Of a stretch of DNA of 64,000 nt, positions 36,553 to 45,002 are shown piece by piece. Location: the NCBI GenBank assembly GCA_028697145.1, contig JAQVFR010000013.1:3500-67499 (forward strand), read 5' to 3'. How positions within the stretch are numbered: position 1 is the stretch's first letter; every line of letters begins with the position of its first letter. The position numbers and the translations under genes were made by a program. The notes beneath the pieces were generated by a model. It saw nothing but the letters and a program-made list of their open reading frames with translations, was not told the DNA's origin and made no database searches. Source of the stretch: Actinomycetota bacterium. GTDB lineage: Bacteria; Actinomycetota; Geothermincolia; Geothermincolales; RBG-13-55-18.

Positions 36553-37884
36553 ATAGAGACCCTGGCCATCGAAGCGAACGAAGTCATAAGGCAGCGGGCG
36601 CCCCTGCTCTATGACGCCCTGTCGGCACTGGGACGCGAACTCTATTTTCCCAAGGGGATACTCACACAAGCCGCGGAGGCGAAACGGGCGGCCACGCGTT
36701 ATAACGCCACCATAGGTATCGCCACCCACAACGGAAAGCCGCTATTCCTGCAAAGCCTGCGCAAATTCTTCAAGTACCTGAAACCGGAGGAGACCTTCCC
36801 CTACGCTCCCACCTTAGGGCTGCCGGAACTCAGGCAGCTATGGCGGAAGCACCAGCTCGAGGTGAACCCCCGCCTCGAGGGTAAGTGCCTCTCCATGCCC
36901 GTCGTGACCAGTGGCCTCACCCATGGCCTGAGCATCTTCGCCGACATGTTCTGCGACGCGGGCGACGTGCTTCTCCTGCCGGACATGATGTGGGGCAACT
37001 ATCGCATGATCTTCGCTACCCGCCGCGGTGCGGAACTCCGTCATTACCCGTTCTTCTCTCCCGAGGGGGAGCTGAATATCACCGCCTTTCGCGAGGCGCT
37101 GTTCGCCCTCAAGGACCGGCCCAAGGCGCTGGTTCTGCTTAACTTTCCCCACAACCCGACCGGCTATACTCCCTGCCCAGGGGAGGCCTCAGCCCTTGTG
37201 GAGGCCCTGGTCGATGCGGCTGAAGTCGGCGCCAACATCGTGGCCTGCGTCGACGACGCCTATACGGGGCTCTTCTACGAAGAGGATATATTCAACGAAT
37301 CCCTGTTCTCGCTCCTCGCCGGTGCGCACCCGCGCATTGCGTCCATCAAGATAGACGGTCCGACCAAGGAGGATTACGTGTGGGGGTTCCGCGTGGGCTT
37401 CATCACCTTCTCCCTGGCGGAATCGGAAGGCCGCGAAGAAGTCTACGGCGTCCTGGAAAAGAAGGTGGGAGGGCTGATCCGCGGCACCATCTCCAAGAGC
37501 TCCATGCCGGCGCAGTCGCTGCTGGTCCATGCCATGAAGACCGCGGGCTATCGGGAGGAGAAGGACGAGAAGTTCGTGCTTCTCAAGGACCGTTACGATG
37601 AGGTCAAGACCGTTCTTTCCGGCTATGACTACGCCGATGCCTTCCGGGCCTATCCCTTTAATTCCGGGTACTTCATGTGCCTGAGGCTGCTTCGTACCGA
37701 CGCGGAGCTGCTGCGGCGGCACCTCCTGGACGAATACGGCGTGGGCGTCATCGCCATGGGGGACCGTGACATCCGTATTGCCTTCTCCTGTATTGAGAAG
37801 GAGCAGATCAAAGACCTCTTTGATATACTTTATACTGGCGTAAAAGACCTGGATAAGAACTTTGAAAAGACCGGGAGGAAATAG
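36553..37884 (+). CDS. class I/II (fold type I) PLP-dependent aminotransferase; start codon unresolved
   Basis: Continuous aminotransferase-like translation from about 36550 (TIETLAIEANEVIRQRAPLLYDALSALGRELYFPKGILTQAAEAKRAATRYNATIGIA...), with PLP-Lys context PTKEDYVWGFRVGF. There is no in-frame ATG/GTG/TTG between the upstream stop (36466..36468) and GTG 36862. A strong SD AAAAGGAGG (36535..36543) precedes an in-frame ATA at 36553. Confidence 0.65.
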   Translation: METLAIEANEVIRQRAPLLYDALSALGRELYFPKGILTQAAEAKRAATRYNATIGIATHNGKPLFLQSLRKFFKYLKPEETFPYAPTLGLPELRQLWRKHQLEVNPRLEGKCLSMPVVTSGLTHGLSIFADMFCDAGDVLLLPDMMWGNYRMIFATRRGAELRHYPFFSPEGELNITAFREALFALKDRPKALVLLNFPHNPTGYTPCPGEASALVEALVDAAEVGANIVACVDDAYTGLFYEEDIFNESLFSLLAGAHPRIASIKIDGPTKEDYVWGFRVGFITFSLAESEGREEVYGVLEKKVGGLIRGTISKSSMPAQSLLVHAMKTAGYREEKDEKFVLLKDRYDEVKTVLSGYDYADAFRAYPFNSGYFMCLRLLRTDAELLRRHLLDEYGVGVIAMGDRDIRIAFSCIEKEQIKDLFDILYTGVKDLDKNFEKTGRK

Positions 37885-39177
37885 ATGTCTGCATCAGCTA
37901 CTGCTTCCGGAGGAAGTAACACCGCCGACAGGCACAAGCGTATATATTTCGTAGACGTAACCAACCGTGACGGCGTCCAGACCTCACGCCTGGGACTGGC
38001 CAAGCTCGAGAAGACCCTCATCAACATGCTCCTGGACGAGATGGGCATTTGGCAGAGCGAGCTCGGCTTCCCCACCACCCGCCACGAGGTCAACTATCTC
38101 CAGGGAAACCTCGAACTGGTCGAACTCGGAGCCATCTCCCACACCCGCCTCTCGGGATGGGTGCGCGCCATCTCCAAGGACGTCGAACTGGCCCGCAGGA
38201 TGGTGCCGGACCTCAAGTTCATCAACATCTCCATCTCGACCTCGGACCAGATGATCAACGGCAAGTGGAACGGGAAATACACCTTTGACGACGTCGTCGC
38301 CATGATGACCGATGCTCTCGACGCGGCGCTGGAGCTCGGCTTCGAGTCCGTGGGCGTAAACGCCGAGGACGCTTCCCGCACCTCGGACGACCATCTCATC
38401 GAGTTCGCGCGCGCGGCCAAGGAGCACGGCGCGGCGCGTCTGCGCTATTGCGACACCCTTGGTTACAACGATCCCTTTACCGTATACGACCGCATCAAGC
38501 TGCTTGCGGAGGAAACGGGAATAGACATCGAGCTGCATTTCCACGATGACCTGGGGATGTCGGTGGGCTGCTCCATGGCCGGAGCCAAGGGGGCCCTGGA
38601 CGGCGGGGTGAACGCCTATATCAACACCACCATAAACGGCATGGGGGAGAGGGCCGGCAACGCCGACCTGGTATCTACCATCCTGGCCGTGAAGAAATCG
38701 ACGTTGTTCGACGGCGAGGACGTGCTCGACGACGCGGTCAACCTCATGGCCGCCTGGAAAACGGCTAAATATGCCTCTTACGCCTTCGGCGTTCCCATAC
38801 CGGTAAATCAACCGGGAGTCGGCGACAACGCGTTCGCGCACGAATCCGGCATTCACGCGGACGGCGCCTTGAAGAGCCGGCGCAATTACGAGCTGTACGA
38901 TTACGAGGAACTGGGACGGGGAGAACCGGAGATCATCGAGACGGGTCGCAACATCACCATAGGAGAGTATTCGGGCATCAAGGGTTTCCGCAATGTCTAC
39001 GAGAAACTCGAGGTGGAGTTCCAGAGCGAGGAGGAGGCCCGGGAGATCCTGGAGCTCGTCCGCTTCGCCAACGTGTCCACCCAGAAACCCCTTGTAGAGG
39101 ACGAGCTGCTCTTCATCGCCCGTTACCCCGAACAGGCCCGCAAGATCCTGACCCTTGATCCCACCCAACAATGTTAG
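37885..39177 (+). CDS. homocitrate / 2-isopropylmalate / citramalate synthase family protein (HMGL-like, no LeuA regulatory domain)
   Basis: 430 aa; pyruvate carboxyltransferase barrel motifs (VDVTNRDGVQ, LHFHDDLGMSVG, TINGMGERAGNA). ATG directly abuts the upstream TAG (translational coupling). Confidence 0.8.
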   Translation: MSASATASGGSNTADRHKRIYFVDVTNRDGVQTSRLGLAKLEKTLINMLLDEMGIWQSELGFPTTRHEVNYLQGNLELVELGAISHTRLSGWVRAISKDVELARRMVPDLKFINISISTSDQMINGKWNGKYTFDDVVAMMTDALDAALELGFESVGVNAEDASRTSDDHLIEFARAAKEHGAARLRYCDTLGYNDPFTVYDRIKLLAEETGIDIELHFHDDLGMSVGCSMAGAKGALDGGVNAYINTTINGMGERAGNADLVSTILAVKKSTLFDGEDVLDDAVNLMAAWKTAKYASYAFGVPIPVNQPGVGDNAFAHESGIHADGALKSRRNYELYDYEELGRGEPEIIETGRNITIGEYSGIKGFRNVYEKLEVEFQSEEEAREILELVRFANVSTQKPLVEDELLFIARYPEQARKILTLDPTQQC

Positions 39178-39202
39178 ACGTTCTATCCTAGGAGGGATTG
39201 AC

Positions 39203-39604
39203 ATGATGGACGTGCCAGAGGAGGTCCTGAGGAAGCTGGCCTCTTATTACAACCTGCACAAGCACGGCAAGCCGTCGGACAAGATCACCCCCTGGATACG
39301 TAACATCAACAACATGAGCAAGATGGACCTGGAATACGAGACTCGAGACGCCATCAGGACCTGCAGGGACCTGCGCAGAAAGATCAACGAGCTCGACTAC
39401 GAGGGCGAGCGCCTGATACCCATCAAGAGCAAACGCGATAAGCTCATGGAGGACCTGCAGCGCGAGTGGACTTACATGAGCTTCTACCTCTATACCCTTT
39501 TCCTGCACTCCGGGGTCGAGGTAACGGAAGAGGACTTCGACGAATACCTGCGCGAGGAAACGGGAAGCCGCTCTTTCATCACCAACCTGTCAACCCATCG
39601 TTGA
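39203..39604 (+). CDS. hypothetical protein
   Basis: 133 aa; SD GGAGGG 5 nt upstream. No recognisable motifs. Confidence 0.5.
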   Translation: MMDVPEEVLRKLASYYNLHKHGKPSDKITPWIRNINNMSKMDLEYETRDAIRTCRDLRRKINELDYEGERLIPIKSKRDKLMEDLQREWTYMSFYLYTLFLHSGVEVTEEDFDEYLREETGSRSFITNLSTHR

Positions 39605-39724
39605 CGCGCATCCATACCGGCCTTCCGGCATCGCTCGCGACGGCTTTTTGACCTCCCGGCCTAAATCACCGGCTCTGTGATACCGATACAATATTAGCCG
39701 CCTGTCAGAAAAGGGGTGTAAATC

Positions 39725-40117
39725 TTGGACCCGCGAGAACTCGCAGAGAGAATCGCCTATATCATCAACGAAAGAGGTTATGTCTACGACGCGGACATAG
39801 AGCGCGAATTCGGCGTGGACGACTTCGAGATGGTCAAGGCGAAGAACGTCCTCTGCCGCTATTACGGCATCGCCGTCGAAAAATGGCACAAGGACGGCGA
39901 GGAGAACCGCCAAGCCCTCTTCCTGAGCAGGGAATTCAGCGGTGAAGACGCCGAGGAGATGATACGCAGGGTCTTTCACGATCCGGACTTCAAGACGCGC
40001 CGTCGCATGAGGGAGGAAGAACGCAAGACGGAGATCCGCGGAGAGGTCAGAGAGCTGTTCGACCTCCTGAAGGACGAATGGGGAGACCTCGACGAGCGCA
40101 GACGGCCCGAGTCCTGA
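39725..40117 (+). CDS. hypothetical protein (TTG start per ORF track)
   Basis: 130 aa; charged, Arg/Glu-rich C-terminus. No recognisable motifs. Confidence 0.4.
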   Translation: MDPRELAERIAYIINERGYVYDADIEREFGVDDFEMVKAKNVLCRYYGIAVEKWHKDGEENRQALFLSREFSGEDAEEMIRRVFHDPDFKTRRRMREEERKTEIRGEVRELFDLLKDEWGDLDERRRPES

Positions 40118-40144
40118 CCTGGCGGTTGGGCACCACCGCCTCAC

Positions 40145-41293
40145 TTACAGAAAATGCAGGTTGAGCTCCAGGCGGCCTGGCATGGACCTCTCCCAGTCGA
40201 AGGCGACCTGCCTGCCGCGCGAGAGGAACGAGGCGGCTATACCGGCCACGATGGGGTAATTGAAGGGGTTCTCTATCCTCGCCCTCATGCCGTCTCCTGT
40301 GGGCTCGGTGAAGATGGGGTTGCCCATGCCGCGATATGCGAGGAAGAAAAGGTCGCGCACCTTCTCCTCGGGGCGGCGCCTCTTCCATTCCAGGCCTGGC
40401 AGTATACCATCCACCATCTCCTTGGTCTGGGTGGCGAGGAAATCGTCCACCCAGTCCCCGTATTCCGCCCTGATCTCGGAGTATACGGCGCTCATTCCCG
40501 CCACGTCTATGAGGGCGACGGGCTCGCCGTTATGGGTATCGACCATCAAGCCCTTGGCGATGTCCCACGAGAAGAAGCTCACGGAAAAAGGTATGCCGCA
40601 GCTCTTGCAGCGCTTGTAGTTTATATAGCCCGGCAGGGGAACCTCCCAGAAGAAGGAATAGCCGTCTATGGCCTCGCTGTACTCGTTCTCCAGTATGGTC
40701 GCGGTATATAAGATCTCCCCGTCCTTCTCGTCGACCTCCACGACCGCTTCCCTGTTCTCACCCACATAAAGCGCCCCCAGGATATCTCCGGCGAAGAAGG
40801 TCTTGTTGTAGCAGCGCGTACACGAAAGGACCGCTTCCTTACCCCGCCTGTAATGCAACAGCTTCGCGTCGGCCATGCCCAGGATGCGCGCCTGATCGCA
40901 CATGAGCTGATAAAACGGCCTCCTGGCCAGGGGATATGCGGCCAGCAGCTTCCTCCACCCCACCATGAGAGAGCGCACGTAACGGCTGGCGTCGAATGCC
41001 TTGGCATGGATGAAGGTCTCCTCGATCTCCTTGCCCATCATCTCGGATACCTTGTTCATGATGCCGTTGATGATCTTCGATTCCACGATTATCAGCCTCT
41101 GGGAGCCGTCCCTGCTCAGGATGCGGCCATGCTCCTCCCATACGTGGTTTTCGGAAACGGCCAGGGGAACGCCGCATTCTTTACACACGCGCAGGAAAGG
41201 CTTGAACCTTGACAAGCCCTCGCCCTTTACCCAGCTCTTTCCGGGCATGATGACCGCGCCCCGCGGCTCATCACCCCATTTCCTCCCCACCAT
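40145..41293 (-). CDS. hypothetical protein with three CxxC knuckles
   Basis: 382 aa; CKECG, CTRCY and CKSCG motifs spread through the protein. Possible alternative start MPGKSW at 41248. Confidence 0.55.
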   Translation of the reverse strand: MVGRKWGDEPRGAVIMPGKSWVKGEGLSRFKPFLRVCKECGVPLAVSENHVWEEHGRILSRDGSQRLIIVESKIINGIMNKVSEMMGKEIEETFIHAKAFDASRYVRSLMVGWRKLLAAYPLARRPFYQLMCDQARILGMADAKLLHYRRGKEAVLSCTRCYNKTFFAGDILGALYVGENREAVVEVDEKDGEILYTATILENEYSEAIDGYSFFWEVPLPGYINYKRCKSCGIPFSVSFFSWDIAKGLMVDTHNGEPVALIDVAGMSAVYSEIRAEYGDWVDDFLATQTKEMVDGILPGLEWKRRRPEEKVRDLFFLAYRGMGNPIFTEPTGDGMRARIENPFNYPIVAGIAASFLSRGRQVAFDWERSMPGRLELNLHFL

Positions 41294-41567
41294 GATCCCC
41301 TATCCAGCTATCTACGTTTGCCTCCCCGCCGTTCTCCTCCCAGGACATAACGATTCTATCATAACCAGCACCTTTCTCTTCCAGGCAACAGCCTCGTGCC
41401 GGTTCATGGCCGCGTGTTTCAGCCTCTGCGTTCCGCGGACGGCTCCAGCAGCCGCCGCATCCGCTTTTTCTTCCCCGCCGCTCCAGCACGCCCACGTCAC
41501 GCTTCCCACCCCATGACGGTAAACGGGCCGGGAAAACCCGGCCCGTTCAACTCTGGGTGTCTCGTCT

Positions 41568-42821
41568 CTACTTCAATTGCTCTCGCGAGAAACCGAGGAG
41601 GCGCCTGGCCGTGATCAGCAGCTGGATCTGACCCGTTCCCTCGAAGATGTCGTTGATCTTGGAGTCGCGCATCCATTTCTCGAGCAGGAGTTCCCGCGAG
41701 TATCCCAGCGGCCCCATGACCTCGACCGCCTTCTGGGTGATGCGCGTAACCGCCAGCCCGGCTTTGGCCTTGGCCATGGAGGACTGCAGGTCGTTGCGGA
41801 GCCCGTTGTCGAGCATCCACAAGGCCCTCCAGGTGAGCAGGCGGGCGGCTTTGAGGTCGGCCTCCATCTGCATGACGTCCCTCTCGAGCGAGGTCATGCG
41901 GTGCGGGTTGATGCCGTAGCGCAGCTCTATACCCTCCTCCGTCAGTTTCTCCTTGAGGAAATCGAGGGCGGCCTGGCCTACGCCTATGGCCATGGCCGCC
42001 ACCAGCGGGCGGGTGGCGTCGAAGGTCGCCATGACCTTCTTGAAGCCCTCGGTCTTCGTCTTGTCCACCACTTCGGGGCTCCCCAGGATGTTCTCCTTGG
42101 GTATGCGGCAGTCCATGAAGGAGATGGAGACGGTATCCGAGCAGCGGATGCCCATCTTGTCCTCTATCTTGGTTATCTCCATACCGGAGGTGCCATGCTC
42201 CACGATGAAGGGCTTGATGCCCGCCCTTCCCGCCTTCTTGTCTATGGTGGCCCACACCACCACGAATCCCTCGGAATCCTCGAGGGCGCTCTTCCCCGAG
42301 GTCACGAAGATCTTCTCGCCGTTGAGGACCCACTCGTCGCCGTCCAGGACCGCGCTGGTCTTGAGGTTGGCGGTATCCGAGCCGGCCTCGGGCTCGGTGA
42401 TGGCCATGGCCCCCCATGCAGGCTCATCGGTAAAGAAACGGGCCAGGAACTTCTCCTTCTGCTCGGGCGTGCCGCTGGCCTGCACCGCCGCGCCGCCCAG
42501 GCCCGGGCCGGGGAAGGCCAGGGCTATGCCCGCGTCTCCCCAGAATATCTCCTCGACGGTGATGGCGCCGGCGAGGTTGGCCTCCTTGGGCTTTTTCTCC
42601 TTGGGCTCCTCGCCCTCTTTCTTCTCCTTTTTCTCCGGGCTGCCCAGGGCTCCGGCGATGCCGCCGCCCATCACCTTCTGGACCATCTTCAGAAGGTCCC
42701 AGGGCTTCTCGTGCTCGTTCTCGTCGTACTGGCGGGCGACGGGACGTACGGCCTGATCCGCAAACATGTGGACCATGTTCTTGGTGGCCTTGATGCGCGG
42801 AGAGAGTTCGAAATCTATCAT
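41568..42821 (-). CDS. acyl-CoA dehydrogenase
   Basis: 417 aa; ACAD N/M/C domains with catalytic Glu context IFEGTGQIQLL. Contains an unusual Lys/Glu-rich low-complexity insertion (GSPEKKEKKEGEEPKEKKPKE). Confidence 0.85.
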   Translation of the reverse strand: MIDFELSPRIKATKNMVHMFADQAVRPVARQYDENEHEKPWDLLKMVQKVMGGGIAGALGSPEKKEKKEGEEPKEKKPKEANLAGAITVEEIFWGDAGIALAFPGPGLGGAAVQASGTPEQKEKFLARFFTDEPAWGAMAITEPEAGSDTANLKTSAVLDGDEWVLNGEKIFVTSGKSALEDSEGFVVVWATIDKKAGRAGIKPFIVEHGTSGMEITKIEDKMGIRCSDTVSISFMDCRIPKENILGSPEVVDKTKTEGFKKVMATFDATRPLVAAMAIGVGQAALDFLKEKLTEEGIELRYGINPHRMTSLERDVMQMEADLKAARLLTWRALWMLDNGLRNDLQSSMAKAKAGLAVTRITQKAVEVMGPLGYSRELLLEKWMRDSKINDIFEGTGQIQLLITARRLLGFSREQLK

Positions 42822-42833
42822 TTTCCCACCTCC

Positions 42834-43952
42834 CTAAACCATCACGAAGCCTTCAAATGTGGCGAACCCGCGGGCGTTGCGGAACCACAGCTCGACCGGG
42901 TTATCGCGAACGTATCCGTGGCCTCCCATGATCTGCACCCCGCGGTCGCACACCATCATCGCCGTGTCCGCCGCGTAGTTCTTCGCCAGCGAGGCCTCCT
43001 TCTCGAATTCCATGTCCTTATCGCATCTCCATGCCGCCTCCCAGGCTAGCAGACGCGCCGCATCCACCTCGATGGCCATCTCGGCGATCATAAAGGCGAT
43101 GGCCTGGCGCGAGCCTATGGGCTCCCCGAAGGCGATCCTCTGGGTGGCATAGTCGATGGAATGCCCCAGCGCCTTGCGGCTCATGCCCACCGCCAGGGCC
43201 GACAGCGCCAGGCGCGAGCGGGAGAGCACGCGCAGGAAATCGCAGCCGGCGTTCCCGCCCAGGCGTGCGGGCAGCGGCACGCGGCATTCCTTGAAGGTAA
43301 CTGGATAGGTGGCGAGGGCTTTTATACCCATGTTCTTCTCCCTCTCCCCTATCTTCATCCCCTTGGCGCCCGCTGGCACGATGAAAGCATCCACCCCGGA
43401 AAAGCCCATCCCCGACGAGGTGGCCGCGAAGACCAGCATGTTCTCGGCTGTCTCGGCCAGGGGCACCAGGCACTTGGCGCCGTTGATCACGTACTCCTCC
43501 CCATCCCTGACCGCGGTGGTCCTGAGGGCGGAGGCGCAGAAGTTGTAGTAGGGCTCGACGATGGCGCATGACGCCGCCTTGTACTCCTCCTCACAGAAGG
43601 CCGGCAGGAGCTTCTTTTTCTGCTCCTCGGTCCCCTGATCCAGCACGGAGATGGCCAGGACGGACGGCGCCATGAGATGCATGGCGATGGAGAGGTCGCC
43701 CCACGCCAGCTCCTCCATGGCGATGAGCCCGGTGAGGGCGGAGATCTCCTCTCCGAATCCCTCGTATTCCTCCGGGATGCATCCTCCCAGCAGGCCCAGT
43801 TCCCATCCTTTGGCGATGACTTCCTCCGGAACCGCGTTCTGCTCGTCACTCTCCCGCATCACGGGTTCCATATGGTCAGCCGCGAAGGAGGCGACCGTCT
43901 CCTGGACCATCTTCTGTTCGTCGCTCATCTCAAACGAGACCATAAGCTTCAC
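42834..43952 (-). CDS. acyl-CoA dehydrogenase family protein (second, shorter paralog)
   Basis: 372 aa; ACAD fold, but the C-terminus ends right after ATFEGFVMV, lacking the usual terminal helix. 12 nt from the first ACAD. Confidence 0.8.
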   Translation of the reverse strand: MKLMVSFEMSDEQKMVQETVASFAADHMEPVMRESDEQNAVPEEVIAKGWELGLLGGCIPEEYEGFGEEISALTGLIAMEELAWGDLSIAMHLMAPSVLAISVLDQGTEEQKKKLLPAFCEEEYKAASCAIVEPYYNFCASALRTTAVRDGEEYVINGAKCLVPLAETAENMLVFAATSSGMGFSGVDAFIVPAGAKGMKIGEREKNMGIKALATYPVTFKECRVPLPARLGGNAGCDFLRVLSRSRLALSALAVGMSRKALGHSIDYATQRIAFGEPIGSRQAIAFMIAEMAIEVDAARLLAWEAAWRCDKDMEFEKEASLAKNYAADTAMMVCDRGVQIMGGHGYVRDNPVELWFRNARGFATFEGFVMV

Positions 43953-44177
43953 CCCTTTATCCTGCGAAAAGATTCATCGTATGGGTTTGCGCCATTGACA
44001 GTACTCCGCTAAGCCCTCCTTTCCCGCCATTCGGCCGATCCATTGTCGCATCCTGTCGAGCCTTACCTTTATAACCCTTTCCTACACGTCATGGCCAGAC
44101 ACACCGGGGGTACGCCTACTGCAGGGAGAGCCCCCTCGAGGCCGCCAGCTCACCGACCGGCCGCAATGGGTGCGCCG

Positions 44178-44840
44178 TTATTTGCCGAGGGCGCTGCGCA
44201 GCGCCCTGTCCACGTTCCCCACCTCGGGGATAAGCGCCCGGATGTGATACTCGACCATCATGTCCGCGAGGGTCTCCACATCGGCGTCGTTGCCCTGCTG
44301 AAGGTGGTTCATGACCAGGTAGATGACGGAGCCGATGACGATGGAAGTCACCACCTCGACGTCGCACTCTCGCATCATGCCGTGGTCGTACATCATCTGG
44401 AACTCAGCGACGAGCTTTTCCCGCGCCAGCTCGGACAGCTCGCTGACCCGGGCCGAGAAGTCCTCGTCCCGTCCCATGGCCTCTCGGTAGACGATGTCTG
44501 TAAGGTGGGGGTTGTCCTTATGGTATGTAAGCACCCTCAGCATGTTGTCTCTCCAGGTACGCAGCACCTTTCCCTGGACGTCGAACGCCTCCTCCAGGTG
44601 CCTGTGATTCTCCTCCAGAAGCCTTGCGTAACCCCGGAAAAACTCCTCGATCAGCTCGAGGAATATCTCCCGTTTCGAGTCGAAATAGAGGTAAAACGTG
44701 CCCCTCCCTATCCCGGCTACATCGACGACGTCGGAGACGGCGGCCATGCGGTATCCCTTGCGGGAGAAGACCTCCGCGGAAGCATCGAGTATCTGTTGCC
44801 GTCTCTCCCCTGCGGGCATACGTTTTTTTGGTACTGACAT
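44178..44840 (-). CDS. TetR/AcrR family transcriptional regulator
   Basis: 220 aa; N-terminal HTH region AEVFSRKGYRMAAVSDVVDVAGIGRGTFYLYF. Confidence 0.85.
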   Translation of the reverse strand: MSVPKKRMPAGERRQQILDASAEVFSRKGYRMAAVSDVVDVAGIGRGTFYLYFDSKREIFLELIEEFFRGYARLLEENHRHLEEAFDVQGKVLRTWRDNMLRVLTYHKDNPHLTDIVYREAMGRDEDFSARVSELSELAREKLVAEFQMMYDHGMMRECDVEVVTSIVIGSVIYLVMNHLQQGNDADVETLADMMVEYHIRALIPEVGNVDRALRSALGK

Positions 44841-45002
44841 GTCATTACAATAGTATCAGCATGGTCACCTGTCAAATGGGGCAAGCCTCGACATTCGCCA
44901 TTCCTCGGGACGCAGGCGGGAGGTGCCGCCTTCCGGGGGCCGGCATGAACGGCCCCCGGGGCTACGCGTCCTCCCGCCTCGCAGACAGTCCATGCTTCCA
45001 TC

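Noticed and set aside
36502-36729. 75-aa minus-strand ORF upstream of and inside the aminotransferase
   Set aside because: Overlaps the well-conserved N-terminal aminotransferase coding sequence on the other strand. Gly-rich composition, no SD.
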